From an uncultured Acidobacteriota bacterium (lineage in GTDB: Bacteria; Acidobacteriota; Vicinamibacteria; Fen-336), in assembly GCA_963720545.1 (NCBI GenBank), contig OY970399.1, forward strand, positions 2,560,001-2,624,000: 64,000 nt of DNA, in the 5' to 3' direction. A program made the position numbers and the translations under genes. A model generated the notes under the pieces. That model had not been told where the DNA came from. It ran no database searches and saw only the letters and a program-made list of their open reading frames with translations. Of the stretch, positions 37,472-47,983 are shown piece by piece; within the stretch, counting starts at the first letter, position 1, and each line of letters starts with the position of its first letter.

Positions 37472-39205
37472 GTGAGAGGCGCGCGGAGTGGCGCGTTGTC
37501 GCTGCTTGCCGGTTGGGCGCTGTTTACTGCGGCCGCCGCGTGGGTGAAGCCGGCGTTTCGCGCCGACTCGGCGAGCTATTTTTCGTACGCACGGTCGCTC
37601 TTCTTCGATCATGACGTGGACTTCGCGAACGAGTGGCAGCACTACGGGTTTGCGCCGCTGCCGCGGACGGCCACCGGCCTGCCGGTCAATTACCACTCCG
37701 TCGGGCCAGCGCTCCTGTGGAGCCCGTTCTACGCGACCGCGCACGTTGCTGTTGCAGTGCTGCCGATGCTGGGCGCGGCCGATGGCTACTCCGCCGCGTA
37801 TCGGTGGTCGGCGGTTCTCGGCACCTTGTTCTTCACGGTGCTTGGACTCGCGGTCCTGTATCGCGTTGTGGCCGCGCGCGCCAGCAAGCTCGTCACATGG
37901 CTCGCTATTGCCGCTGCGTTTCTCGCGACGCCGTGGGCGTACTACGTGTTTCGCGTGCCGTGGATGGCGCACGGGTTGAGCGCCGCGGCCATGTGCTTCC
38001 TCATCGCGGGGTGGTGGCGGGTTTGTGAGCGTCCTGACGTCCGCAGCTGGGCGCTTTTGGGCGCAGTGGTTGGAGTTGTCGCCCTGTTGCGGCCGCAGAA
38101 TGTCGTGGTCGCGGCGGCGTTCCTGTTGCCGCTTTTCTGCGAGAACCTCCTCAGGAAGCGGGTTGGTCCGCTGGTTCCACTGGTGGCGGTGCCGGTGGCG
38201 TTCCTCGTTTTCATTCCGCAGATGCTCGTATGGCGCAGCCTCTTCGGGCGGTTCCTGACAATGCCGACCGGAACCGCCTTCTTCGACTGGTCGGCGCCCA
38301 ACCTGGTCAACGTGCTCCTCTCTGCAGACCGCGGGCTGCTCACCTGGACGCCGCTCGCGCCGCTCGCGCTCGTTGGACTCGCCATGATGCTGTTTCGCAA
38401 GGGCGAGCGCCTGTTCGCCGGGGCCGCCCTGCTGGCCGTCGGCGTTGCCGCATGGGTCAACGGCTCGGTGCTCGGTATGCATGGCCCGGAGTGGGCGGGG
38501 GCCGATGCCTTCGGCGCTCGCCGCTTCGACGTCGTGTTTCCGTTGTTCGCGTTCGGCATCGCCCGGCTGCTCGCCGCAGCGCAGCGTCGGCCGCTCCTTG
38601 CTCCCGCCACCGGCGTCGCACTGCTCGTGCTTTGGAACCTCGGCCTGGCGCGCAGCTACGAGGCTGGCGCTTTTCCCGAAGGTCCGGCGCCGTTCGAGCG
38701 GGTGGCTGCGACACAGGCCGGCGAAGTGCGCGGTGCCGGGCGCCGTTTCCTCGGTGCGGTGCTGGGCGAACGCGGCTCGGCGCTCGCATACAAGATGTTC
38801 GTTGGTGAGTACCTCTACTACGACCTCGCGCTCGATGGGCGCATCGACCTCGGCGAAGACTCGTCCGCGCGTTTCCTGCGCGGCGGGTTCGGCAACATCC
38901 GCCGCGGCGAGGAGCGCCGTTTCCGCTTTGCCCTCGGTCCGCGCAGCTGCCTCGCACTTCCGGTCGACGGCGCGCGCACGCTGCTCGCGCGCATCACCGC
39001 TCGGCGCGCGGCGGGTTCGGCCGTGGCGCAAGCGTCGCTACTGCTGAACGACCAGCCCGTCGGCATCCTGATGCTGGGCCCAGCGTGGGAAGAAACCACC
39101 GTGAGCCTCGCGTTGCGCTCGGGCGAGAACTACCTGTGCCTCTCGTCGCCGGGAGCGCCGCAGGACACAGCGGTCGCGGGCGTGGCCCTCGTGCAGCTGC
39201 CGTGA
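37472..39205 (+). CDS. GT-C-fold membrane glycosyltransferase-like protein
   Basis: ADSASYFSYARSLFFDHDVDFANE, GPALLWSPF, RGLLTWTP and FGARRF motifs; many TMs; soluble C-domain. Confidence 0.7.
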   Translation: MRGARSGALSLLAGWALFTAAAAWVKPAFRADSASYFSYARSLFFDHDVDFANEWQHYGFAPLPRTATGLPVNYHSVGPALLWSPFYATAHVAVAVLPMLGAADGYSAAYRWSAVLGTLFFTVLGLAVLYRVVAARASKLVTWLAIAAAFLATPWAYYVFRVPWMAHGLSAAAMCFLIAGWWRVCERPDVRSWALLGAVVGVVALLRPQNVVVAAAFLLPLFCENLLRKRVGPLVPLVAVPVAFLVFIPQMLVWRSLFGRFLTMPTGTAFFDWSAPNLVNVLLSADRGLLTWTPLAPLALVGLAMMLFRKGERLFAGAALLAVGVAAWVNGSVLGMHGPEWAGADAFGARRFDVVFPLFAFGIARLLAAAQRRPLLAPATGVALLVLWNLGLARSYEAGAFPEGPAPFERVAATQAGEVRGAGRRFLGAVLGERGSALAYKMFVGEYLYYDLALDGRIDLGEDSSARFLRGGFGNIRRGEERRFRFALGPRSCLALPVDGARTLLARITARRAAGSAVAQASLLLNDQPVGILMLGPAWEETTVSLALRSGENYLCLSSPGAPQDTAVAGVALVQLP

Positions 39206-39228
39206 CCACCCGCGCTAAGGTTTGACGC

Positions 39229-41892
39229 GTGAAGCCGAAGGCTCCCGCGAAGCCGCTGCAGAAGTATCGTGACAAGCGCTCGGCCGACCGCACCCCCGAA
39301 CCGTTTGGCGGCGACGTCGAAAAGGCGCCGGCACCGGTACCCGCTGCGCCGGCCACTGGACATCTTTTTTGCGTGCAGAAGCACGCGGCGCGGCGCCTGC
39401 ACTACGACTTCCGCCTCGAACTCGGCGGCGTGCTGCTGTCGTGGGCGGTGCCGAAGGGGCCGTCGTACGACGTCAACGAAAAGCGCCTGGCGATGGAAGT
39501 CGAGGATCATCCGGTCGAGTACGCCGACTTCGAGGGCGTGATTCCCGAGGGCAACTACGGCGCCGGTGCCGTGATCGTCTGGGACCGCGGCCTGTGGGTG
39601 CCGCTCGAGGATCCGCAGGAGGGGATGCGCAGCGGCAAGCTCTACTTCGAGCTGCGCGGCTACAAGCTGCGCGGCACCTGGCACTTGTTTCGCCTCAAGG
39701 GCCAGGGCCGCAGCAACACCTCGAAAGAGTGGATGCTGATCAAGAAGAGCGATGCCTGGTCGGGCGCGCGCGGCACGGCGATCGCGACCCAGGAATCGAT
39801 CTACTCGGGGCTGACGCTCGAAGAGCTGCAAAACGGCCACCGCCATGCCGAGGAGATTCGTGCCGAGCTCGAGAAGCTGAAGGCGCCGCGCCGCAAGCTG
39901 GCGCTCGCGAAGGCCGGGCTGATGCTCGCGGAAACCCGCGACGCGCCGTTCACGCGCAAGGACTGGATCTTCGAGCTGAAGTACGACGGCTACCGCATCC
40001 TCGCCGGCCGCGACGCGGACAAGGGCCAGCTCGTCTTCCGGCGCGGCTCGGATGCGTCCGCGACCTTCCCCGAGATCACGCGCGCGCTGAGCGGCCTGCC
40101 GTACGACGGCATCATCCTCGACGGCGAGGTGGTGGTGCTCGACGACCAGGCGCGGCCGAGCTTCCAGAGGCTGCAGCGCCGCGCGCTCCTGAAGCGCACC
40201 ACCGACATCGCGCGCGCCACCATCGACCTGCCGGCGACGCTGTTCGTCTTCGACCTGCTCGCCTTCGAAGACTTCGACCTGCGGCCGCTGCCGCTCGTGG
40301 AGCGCAAGCGCATCCTGCAGAAGCTGCTGCCGAAGGCCGGACCGCTGCGCTACACCGATCACGTCGAGGCGCAGGGCGAGGCCTTCTACGACGCGGTCAG
40401 CCGCATGGGCCTCGAGGGCATCATGGCGAAGAAGGCCGACTCCTCGTACCAGGCCGGCCGCTCGCCCAACTGGCTGAAGCTGCGCGTGGACAAGACCGGC
40501 GACTTCGTGGTGGTGGGCTACAGCAAGGGCGAGGGGTCGCGCGTCGGCTTCGGCGCGTTGCATGTCGCGGCCTACGACGACGGTGTGCTCGTCTACTGCG
40601 GGCGCGTCGGCTCCGGCTTCAACGACGCGCTGCTGCAATCGGTGCGCAAGGAGCTGGAAGACAACAAGCGACAGTCGCCGGCATGCAGCGGCAACGTTCC
40701 CAAGGGCAAGGACCACACCTGGGTCGAGCCGCTGGTGGTGTGCGAGGTGCGCTTCAAGGAGTACACCGGCGACGGCAACCTGCGCCAGCCCGTATTCCTG
40801 CGCTTCCGCGACGACAAGGCGCCTGAAGACTGCATCAAGGAGGATGCGCGCAAGACCGGTGCGCCGCCGCCCGGCGCACGCGAGGAAGACAGCGACGACG
40901 GCGATGGCGATGATCGCGAGAACGCAGACGCGCCCGTCAGTGCCGCCGCACCTGTGAAGCAGACGAAGGTGGTCCCGGCGCCGCCACAGGTGATCGTCGA
41001 GAAGAAGATCAACTACTCGAACCTCGACAAGGTGTTCTGGCCGGTCGAGAAATACACCAAGGGCGACCTCATCGAGTTCTACCGCGCGGTCTCGCCGTGG
41101 CTCCTGCCGTACCTGCGCGACCGGCCGCTGGTGCTGACGCGCTATCCCGACGGCATCGACGGCAAGTCGTTCTTTCAAAAGGATGCGCCCGGGTTCGTGC
41201 CCGGCTGGGTGCGCACCGAGCGCATCTGGAGCGAGAACGCCCAGCGCGAGATCGACTACTTCATCGCCGACGACGAGGAGACGCTCCTCTACCTCGCGAA
41301 CCTCGGCACCATCCCGCTGCACGTCTGGTCGAGCCGCATCAAGAGCCTGCCGCATCCCGACTGGTGCATCCTCGACCTCGACCCCAAGGGTGCGCCGTTC
41401 CAGGACGTCATCGCCGTGGCGCTCGCGATCCGCGACCTGGCGGAGGAGATCGAGCTCGACACCTACGTGAAGACCAGCGGCGCCACCGGCATCCACGTGC
41501 TGGTGCCGCTCGGCGAGCAGCTGACCTACGAACAGAGCAAGTCGCTCGGCGAGGTCATCGCGCGGGTGATCGTCGACCGCCTGCCGAAGATCGCGACCAT
41601 CACGCGCACCGTGGGGCAGCGCGGGGGCAAGGTGTACGTGGACTTCCTGCAAAACGGCCACGGCAAGACCATCGCCGGCCCGCTCAGCGTCAGGCCGCGT
41701 CCGGGGGCGACGGTGTCGACGATGCTGAAGTGGAGCGAGGTCAACAACAAGCTCGACCCCGACGCGTTCACCATCAGGACGGTGCCACCGCGGCTGCGCA
41801 AGCAGAAGACGGACCCGGTCATCGCGGTGTTGCGCGAGCCGGGCGACCTGCTGCGCGTGCTGTCCCGGCTTTCGGAGAAACTGAAGAAATGA
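39229..41892 (+). CDS. ligD: DNA ligase D (phosphoesterase-ligase-polymerase)
   Basis: QKHAARRLHYDFRLE, SWAVPKGPS, ELKYDGYR, EGIMAK, RQPVFLRFRDDK, LTRYPDG, PDWCILDLDP, KTSG..GIHV. Confidence 0.95.
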   Translation: MKPKAPAKPLQKYRDKRSADRTPEPFGGDVEKAPAPVPAAPATGHLFCVQKHAARRLHYDFRLELGGVLLSWAVPKGPSYDVNEKRLAMEVEDHPVEYADFEGVIPEGNYGAGAVIVWDRGLWVPLEDPQEGMRSGKLYFELRGYKLRGTWHLFRLKGQGRSNTSKEWMLIKKSDAWSGARGTAIATQESIYSGLTLEELQNGHRHAEEIRAELEKLKAPRRKLALAKAGLMLAETRDAPFTRKDWIFELKYDGYRILAGRDADKGQLVFRRGSDASATFPEITRALSGLPYDGIILDGEVVVLDDQARPSFQRLQRRALLKRTTDIARATIDLPATLFVFDLLAFEDFDLRPLPLVERKRILQKLLPKAGPLRYTDHVEAQGEAFYDAVSRMGLEGIMAKKADSSYQAGRSPNWLKLRVDKTGDFVVVGYSKGEGSRVGFGALHVAAYDDGVLVYCGRVGSGFNDALLQSVRKELEDNKRQSPACSGNVPKGKDHTWVEPLVVCEVRFKEYTGDGNLRQPVFLRFRDDKAPEDCIKEDARKTGAPPPGAREEDSDDGDGDDRENADAPVSAAAPVKQTKVVPAPPQVIVEKKINYSNLDKVFWPVEKYTKGDLIEFYRAVSPWLLPYLRDRPLVLTRYPDGIDGKSFFQKDAPGFVPGWVRTERIWSENAQREIDYFIADDEETLLYLANLGTIPLHVWSSRIKSLPHPDWCILDLDPKGAPFQDVIAVALAIRDLAEEIELDTYVKTSGATGIHVLVPLGEQLTYEQSKSLGEVIARVIVDRLPKIATITRTVGQRGGKVYVDFLQNGHGKTIAGPLSVRPRPGATVSTMLKWSEVNNKLDPDAFTIRTVPPRLRKQKTDPVIAVLREPGDLLRVLSRLSEKLKK

Positions 41893-42791
41893 CACCAGCC
41901 ATCGCGGCCCTCAAGGTCACCATTCTGTCGACGATGCTCTCCGGCGACCCGCGCGCCGGCGTCGGCGAGTGGGGGTTTGCGGCGCTCGTCGAGGCCGACG
42001 GCCATCGCCTGCTGATCGACACCGGCGCGCGGCCCGACACCGTCGCGAAGAACGCCGCCGAGCTCGGCATCGACTTGTCCACCGTCGAGGAGCTGGTGCT
42101 GACCCACAACCACTCCGACCACACCGGCGGGCTCATCACGCTGCGTCGCGAAGCCATGAGCCGCAATCCGCGCGCGCTGTCGCGGGCGCACGTCGGCCGC
42201 GGCATCTTCTATAGCCGGCCCGGCAAGGACGGCGCCGAAGACAACGGGCTGCTGGGCAAGAAGGCCGAGTACGAAGCGCTCGGCGGCACCTTCGTCGAGC
42301 ACGACGGACCGTACCAGCTGCTGCCGGGCGTCTGGCTCACCGGCCCGGTGCCGCGCCCCCATCCCGAAAAGAACTGGAGCGGCCTGCAGAAGCTGCGCGG
42401 CCCGTCAGGCGAAGTGGAAGACACGGTGCCGGAAGATTCGGCCGTCGTCATCGCAACCGCGAAAGGCCTGGTGGTGGTGAGCGGCTGCGGCCACGCCGGC
42501 ATCGTCAACACGCTCGAATATGCGGGCACCATCGTCCCCGGCGGCAAGGTGTACGCAGCGCTCGGAGGCTTCCACCTGTTCGCGGCCAGCGACGAACAAC
42601 TGCGCTGGACCGCGGAGCGCCTGGCGGCGCTCGGCGTCTCGCAGCTGCTCGGCGCGCACTGCACCGGCATCGAGGCCGTCTTCCGGATGCGCGAGCTCGC
42701 GAAGCTGAGCCGCAAGACCGCCGTGGTCGGCGCCGTCGGCGCCACCTTCACGTTGGCGGACGGGATCGAGCCGCTCGCCCTCGCGCGCTAG
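41889..42791 (+). CDS. MBL-fold metallo-hydrolase
   Basis: GEWGFA, LIDTG, THNHSDHTGG, SGCGHAG, GGFHL, AHCTG. Confidence 0.88.
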   Translation: MTPAIAALKVTILSTMLSGDPRAGVGEWGFAALVEADGHRLLIDTGARPDTVAKNAAELGIDLSTVEELVLTHNHSDHTGGLITLRREAMSRNPRALSRAHVGRGIFYSRPGKDGAEDNGLLGKKAEYEALGGTFVEHDGPYQLLPGVWLTGPVPRPHPEKNWSGLQKLRGPSGEVEDTVPEDSAVVIATAKGLVVVSGCGHAGIVNTLEYAGTIVPGGKVYAALGGFHLFAASDEQLRWTAERLAALGVSQLLGAHCTGIEAVFRMRELAKLSRKTAVVGAVGATFTLADGIEPLALAR

Positions 42792-42801
42792 GAGTGAAAA
42801 C

Positions 42802-43287
42802 CTAGATCCAACGCCGCACGTGGCTGCAGTAGATCTCGTAGGCCGCGCCGTACTTCTCCGTGAGGTACTCCTCTTCGGGTGCGATGACGTGGCGCCGCAT
42901 CACGAAAAGGACCAGCGGCAGCGCCAGCAGCGGCCACCAGCTGCCGAAGACGACCGATACGCCCGCGTAGATCAGGGTCAGGCCGGTGTACATCGGGTTG
43001 CGGGTGAAGCGGTACGGGCCTTCCGTCACCAGGGCCGAGACCGGCCGGTTGGGCACGATCGTCGTCTGGTTCGCGGTGAAGACGATGATCGCCGACAGGC
43101 AGAACGCCGTGCCGATGGTGATGAGCAGCGTGCCGAACGGCGAGCGGCCGGAACCCGGCGGCATGCTCCAGGGCACGCGGGTGTGCAGGTAAAGGAGAAG
43201 CGCCAGGGGCAGGGCATAGAGAAGGGGCGGCACGACACGGACGCGAGCCCCTCTCTGCGTCTGCGACGTCGACGGCGTCGTCGTCAT
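42802..43287 (-). CDS. Isoprenylcysteine carboxylmethyltransferase/PEMT-family membrane protein
   Basis: LVTEGPYRFTRNPMY and EEEYL..KYG..Y..Y..VRRWI motifs. Confidence 0.88.
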   Translation of the reverse strand: MTTTPSTSQTQRGARVRVVPPLLYALPLALLLYLHTRVPWSMPPGSGRSPFGTLLITIGTAFCLSAIIVFTANQTTIVPNRPVSALVTEGPYRFTRNPMYTGLTLIYAGVSVVFGSWWPLLALPLVLFVMRRHVIAPEEEYLTEKYGAAYEIYCSHVRRWI

Positions 43288-43294
43288 GCGGCCC

Positions 43295-45355
43295 CTATCT
43301 TACGTATCCCAGTGCTTTCAAGCGCTCCTCGAGGGCGGGGTCAGTGAGCTTTGCACGTGCGGCCGCCGGGCCGACGAAGTCGACGGCGAGCGGCGGGTGA
43401 AGCGCCTGTTCGCCGGCGCCGAGGGCAGCCTGCCAGGGTGCCTTTTCCCGGCCGCGCAGCTCGAAAGAGACCGTGGCAGCAGGGTTTTTCGGCCGCAGCA
43501 CGTAGTGGCGCGGCGCCGCGGCCGCCGCCAGGGTAATCGTCAGCGACCCGGCCTTGCCGTCAGCCGTGACCGTGTCGCCCCGGACGCTGCGCAGCACAGC
43601 CGTGGGATCGAATCCCCCCGGGGCGCTCGCTTTCAGGACCAGGCTCTCGGCACCTGCGGCGAAGCGCAGGTGGCGGCCTTCCAGCGTGTCCGCCGCCGCG
43701 CGCACCGCCGCACTGAGCGCCGCTGCCCGCGTTTCGCCGCCAGGCCACAGGTTCACCGCTTCGCCGGGATCGGTGCGGGTGTCGAAGAGCAGCGTGTCGT
43801 TGTCAGGGAGCAGGCGGCGGATCAGCTTCAGCCCTTTGGAATCACGCGCGGCAAAGGCGACGTCGTTGGGCGAGGCCAGCTCCGCGACCAGGATGTCCGC
43901 GTCCTGCGCCGGCTCGCGCACCAGGTCGCTCGCGAAGCTGCGACCCTGGAACGAAGGCGGCACCGCGACTCCCGCGATGTCGAGCAGCGTCGCCGCGAGC
44001 CGTTCGTTGCCGAGATTGCCCGTGAGTCGCCGTCCGGCGGAGCGCGCCCCCGGCAGCTTCAGCACCATCGGCACGTGCAGGATCTCGTCGAACAGGCTGT
44101 GCCCATGGCTGTAGAAGCCCTTCTCGCCGAAGTGCTCGCCGTGGTCGGCGGTCACCACCACCAGCGTGTCGTCGTAAAGGTCGAGGCGGCGCAGCACGTC
44201 GAGGAGCTGGCCGAGTGCTCGGTCGTTGTACGCGATCTCCGCGTCGTAGTACGCGGGCTCCTTGCCCTGCACCCCGGGCGGCACGCCGAAAAGCGCAGCG
44301 AACGGCGGCCGCGCGATGTGCGGGTAGTGCGCGTCGATCGAGTGCAGGTAGGCGAAGAAGCGCCGCTCGCGGTTCGCGGCGAGCCAGGCGCCGAAGCGCG
44401 CCGAAAGCAGCGCCGCATCGCCGTCCTCGGCGTTGACGTTGCGCTCGGCGTTGCCGGCTGCCAGCTGCGTGAACGAATCGAAGCCGCGGCCGAAGCCCCA
44501 CGCGCCGGTGTCGAGGATCGGGTTCGCGACCCACGCCGCCGTTGCGTAGCCGGCGCCGCGGAACGTCTCGGCCAGCGTCGCCGGCGCATCCGAGAGGCCA
44601 TCCGCGAGCGAGCGCGCGCCATGTCCTGATGGCTGTTCACCGGTGAAGAGACACCCGACCGAAGGCTTGGTCCAGCCGCCGCAGGCATAGGCGTGCTCGG
44701 CGACGACACCGTCGCGCGCAAGCGCATCGAGGTGCGGCGTCGTCGGTTTGCGGTAGCCGTAGGCGCCGACATGATCGGCGCGCAGGCAGTCGACGACGTA
44801 GAGGAGCACGTTCGGCACGTGCGCCGGCGCCCGCGCGAGGAGCGCGATGCTGGCGAGCGCCACGTTCGCCTTGCGACCCTCGACCGTGATGACGATGGCC
44901 ACCGCGCGCCGCACGGCGCCGCGCAGCGGCAGCCGCCAGTCGCGCCAGCCGCGCACGCCGCCCACCGGACCACCGCCGAGTGGATACAGCGTGCCGTCTT
45001 TGGTACGTGCGGCGATGCGTGCCTGCGCCTGGCGATCGTCGGGGCGCACCGCGATGCCGAGCGACAGGAAGTCGCCGAGCGGCGCCGCGAGCGGGATGGT
45101 GATGGTTGCAGGCGCATCGACCACCAGAGCCATCCGTTCGTCGCCGCCGCTCGCAACCGGGCGCAGCGACGCCGGCCCCGCCGACTCGACCTTGAACCCG
45201 GGGGGCGGCGCGCTGCTTGCAGCGCGTGCGCCGAGCGCGGGAAGCAGGCGCGTGCGCACCAGCGTCGGCGCGTCTTCTCTGGACGAGCAGGCGCCGAGGA
45301 CCGTGGCGCCCAGGCACGCGAGTGTCGCCAGGGCCTTGCGCCCCGGCGTCGTCAC
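43295..45355 (-). CDS. Sulfatase-like (alkaline phosphatase superfamily) lipoprotein
   Basis: Lipobox LGAC; PNVLLYVVDCLRADH, WTKPS, YDAEIAY.D, TADHGE, HVPM, ERLKALGY. Confidence 0.85.
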   Translation of the reverse strand: MTTPGRKALATLACLGATVLGACSSREDAPTLVRTRLLPALGARAASSAPPPGFKVESAGPASLRPVASGGDERMALVVDAPATITIPLAAPLGDFLSLGIAVRPDDRQAQARIAARTKDGTLYPLGGGPVGGVRGWRDWRLPLRGAVRRAVAIVITVEGRKANVALASIALLARAPAHVPNVLLYVVDCLRADHVGAYGYRKPTTPHLDALARDGVVAEHAYACGGWTKPSVGCLFTGEQPSGHGARSLADGLSDAPATLAETFRGAGYATAAWVANPILDTGAWGFGRGFDSFTQLAAGNAERNVNAEDGDAALLSARFGAWLAANRERRFFAYLHSIDAHYPHIARPPFAALFGVPPGVQGKEPAYYDAEIAYNDRALGQLLDVLRRLDLYDDTLVVVTADHGEHFGEKGFYSHGHSLFDEILHVPMVLKLPGARSAGRRLTGNLGNERLAATLLDIAGVAVPPSFQGRSFASDLVREPAQDADILVAELASPNDVAFAARDSKGLKLIRRLLPDNDTLLFDTRTDPGEAVNLWPGGETRAAALSAAVRAAADTLEGRHLRFAAGAESLVLKASAPGGFDPTAVLRSVRGDTVTADGKAGSLTITLAAAAAPRHYVLRPKNPAATVSFELRGREKAPWQAALGAGEQALHPPLAVDFVGPAAARAKLTDPALEERLKALGYVR

Positions 45356-46050
45356 GACAGCTCGATGAGCCGCGCGCCCAGCCTCGGCCCGGTGCCCGCG
45401 TCTTCGTGCTTGAAGAAGACGAACGCGTCCTGCCATGGCTGCACGCGGATCCGCTCGAGCCACATCCGCAGGTCGTCGTCGCTGTACTCCGGGCGCCGCA
45501 GGCGCAGGTAGCCGAAGCTCGCGGTCGGCACCAGGCCCACCGCGGCCGACTCTTCGTCGATGTCGGCGAGGCACAGCGCCGCGTCGTGGTCGCGCAGCAG
45601 CCCGAATACCTCGTCGTCGAACCACGTCGCATGCCGGAACTCGAACGCCGCGCGCCGGCCCTTCGGGATCTCGCGCAGGAAGCGGGCGAGGCGGTCGGCA
45701 TCCTTCATCAGGTTGGGCGGTGTCTGGAAGAACACGACGCCGAGGCGGTCGCCCATCGCCTGCGCCGTCTCGAGGAAATACTTGACCTCCGCGTCCACGT
45801 CCTTGAGGCGGCGCATGTGGGTGATCTTCTGCGACGCCTTCAGGACGAAGGTGAAGTTTTCAGGAACCTCGGCGCACCAGCTCTCGAGGAGCGCTGTCGT
45901 CGGCATCCGGTAGAAGGTGTTGTTCACCTCCACCGTGGGGAAACGCTCCGCGTAGTAGCGAAGCATTCCCGGCGGCTTCTGGTCGGGGGGATAGAAGGAC
46001 CCCTTCCATTCCTTGTAGCTCCACCCGCTGGTGCCGACGAGGATCCGCAT
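45352..46050 (-). CDS. DUF72-family protein
   Basis: VGTSGWSY.EW...FYP, VEVNNTFY, EFRHATW, YLRLR. Confidence 0.9.
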   Translation of the reverse strand: MRILVGTSGWSYKEWKGSFYPPDQKPPGMLRYYAERFPTVEVNNTFYRMPTTALLESWCAEVPENFTFVLKASQKITHMRRLKDVDAEVKYFLETAQAMGDRLGVVFFQTPPNLMKDADRLARFLREIPKGRRAAFEFRHATWFDDEVFGLLRDHDAALCLADIDEESAAVGLVPTASFGYLRLRRPEYSDDDLRMWLERIRVQPWQDAFVFFKHEDAGTGPRLGARLIELS

Positions 46051-46076
46051 GCGAACGGGACAACCCTACCGAACGA

Positions 46077-46718
46077 TCAGCGTCCGCGCAGCAGGCCCCC
46101 GAGAACGCTGGCGCCGATCGACGCCAGCCCGCCAAGCCCGGCGTCGCCGCCGCTCTCCTGACCGCCTTGCGGCGCGCCCGAGCCGAGGATCTGCGACAGG
46201 ATGTCCCCGCCGCCGCCCTGCGCCTGGCCCATCTGGCCGGCCGCGCCGCCCAGGATGTCGGTGATGCTGGTGCTGGCTGGCGTCTGCTTGTTGGCGCGGC
46301 TGAGGGCCGCGAGCACCAGCGGCGCCACCATCACCAGCAGCTTGCCGATGGTTGCCGCGTCGAGGCCCGACGCCTGGCCGATGCGGTTCTCCACCTGCTT
46401 GCGGTCGCTGCCGAGGATGTGGCCGAGGATGGCACCTCCCATGCCGCCGCCGCTCGATGTGCCGCCGCCGGCGCCCAGAAAGCCGCCGAGGTCGTCGAGC
46501 ACGCTGCCGTCATGGTCGCGGTCGAGTGCTTGTTCGAGCGCCGAGCGCCCCTGCGGGGAAGCGGCGTTGCGGTTGAGCGCCGAGACCAGCACCGGGATCG
46601 CCATGCTCATTGCGGTCGCCGCTTGCGACGGCTCGATGCCGAGCTTCGCGCCGATGTCGCGCGGGGTCTGGCCGCCGCCCAGGGCCTGGCCAAGGATTTC
46701 AAAGAGAGGTGATGACAC
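46077..46718 (-). CDS. DUF937-family protein
   Basis: ALDRDHDGSVLDDL, GGAILGHILG; AGGAGG RBS. Confidence 0.8.
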   Translation of the reverse strand: MSSPLFEILGQALGGGQTPRDIGAKLGIEPSQAATAMSMAIPVLVSALNRNAASPQGRSALEQALDRDHDGSVLDDLGGFLGAGGGTSSGGGMGGAILGHILGSDRKQVENRIGQASGLDAATIGKLLVMVAPLVLAALSRANKQTPASTSITDILGGAAGQMGQAQGGGGDILSQILGSGAPQGGQESGGDAGLGGLASIGASVLGGLLRGR

Positions 46719-46834
46719 TATGAGTCCTCCTGACGAGAAGCGTGCGAGCAGTATGAACCCCTCGGCAGCGCCGTCAAAGGCGCGCCTCCGCGCCGAAGGG
46801 TAAAATCACCACTGTCCAGGAGACACTCCCAGAA

Positions 46835-47983
46835 ATGCCGCTCACGCATCTCAGCGAAGAAGAGAAGATGTTCCGCGACCAGGTGCGCCAGTTCGCCGAG
46901 GCGCGGGTGCGGCCGCTGGTCCACAAGATGGACCAGGAGGCGCTGCTCGACCCCGGGCTCATCAAGGAGTGCTTCGCGCTCGGCCTCATGGGCGTCGAGA
47001 TCCCGGACGAGTTCCAGGGCGCCGGCGGCACCTTCTTCCTGTCGGTGCTGGCGGTCGAGGAGCTGGCGCGGGTGGACGCGTCGATCGCCGTGTTCGTCGA
47101 CGTGCAGAACACCCTCGTCAACAACGCGGTGCTGCGCTTCGGCAGCGAAGACCTCAAGAAGCGTTACTTTCCGCGCCTGGCGAGCGAGTGGGTCGGCGCC
47201 TATGCGCTGTCCGAGGCCGGCTCGGGCTCGGATGCGTTTGCGCTCGCGTGCCGGGCCGAGGACAAGGGCGATCACTGGCTGCTGAACGGCCAGAAGCTCT
47301 GGATCACGAATGCGGCCGAGGCCCAGGTCTTCATCGTCATGGCGAACGTGGACCCCGCGAAGGGCTACAAGGGAATCACCTCCTTCGTGGTCGAACGCTC
47401 GTTTCCCGGCTTCAGCGTTGGCAAGAAGGAAGACAAGCTCGGAATTCGTGCGTCGTCCACCTGCGAGCTGGTCCTCGACGGCTGCAAGGTGCCGAAGGAC
47501 AACATGCTCGGCGAGCTCGGCAAGGGTTACAAGATCGCGATCGAGACGCTCAACGAGGGCCGCATCGGCATCGGCGCGCAGATGGTGGGTGTGGCGCAGG
47601 GCGCCTACGAGCACGCGCTCGCCTATTCGCAGGAGCGGCGCCAGTTCGGCGAGCCGCTCGCGAGCTTCCAGGCGGTCTCGTTCCAGCTCGCCGACATGGC
47701 GCTGCAGATCGAGGCGGCGCGCCTGCTCACCTACAACGCGGCGCGGCTACGCGACGCCGGCTCGTCGTTCGTCAAGGAAGCCGCGATGGCCAAGCTGTTC
47801 GCATCGCGCACCGCCGAGTACGTCACCTCGAAGGCGGTCGAGATCTACGGCGGCTACGGCTTCACGCGCGAGTATCCGGTGGAGAAGTACTACCGCGACC
47901 AGAAGGTGGGCGCCATCTACGAAGGCACCTCGAACATGCAGCTGCTGGTCATCTCGAAGCAGATCCTCGGGAAAATGGCGTGA
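46835..47983 (+). CDS. Acyl-CoA dehydrogenase (short/branched chain type)
   Basis: YALSEAGSGSD, KLWITN, KEDKLGIRASST, GRIGIGAQ, RRQFG, GGYGF, IYEGTS. Confidence 0.93.
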   Translation: MPLTHLSEEEKMFRDQVRQFAEARVRPLVHKMDQEALLDPGLIKECFALGLMGVEIPDEFQGAGGTFFLSVLAVEELARVDASIAVFVDVQNTLVNNAVLRFGSEDLKKRYFPRLASEWVGAYALSEAGSGSDAFALACRAEDKGDHWLLNGQKLWITNAAEAQVFIVMANVDPAKGYKGITSFVVERSFPGFSVGKKEDKLGIRASSTCELVLDGCKVPKDNMLGELGKGYKIAIETLNEGRIGIGAQMVGVAQGAYEHALAYSQERRQFGEPLASFQAVSFQLADMALQIEAARLLTYNAARLRDAGSSFVKEAAMAKLFASRTAEYVTSKAVEIYGGYGFTREYPVEKYYRDQKVGAIYEGTSNMQLLVISKQILGKMA

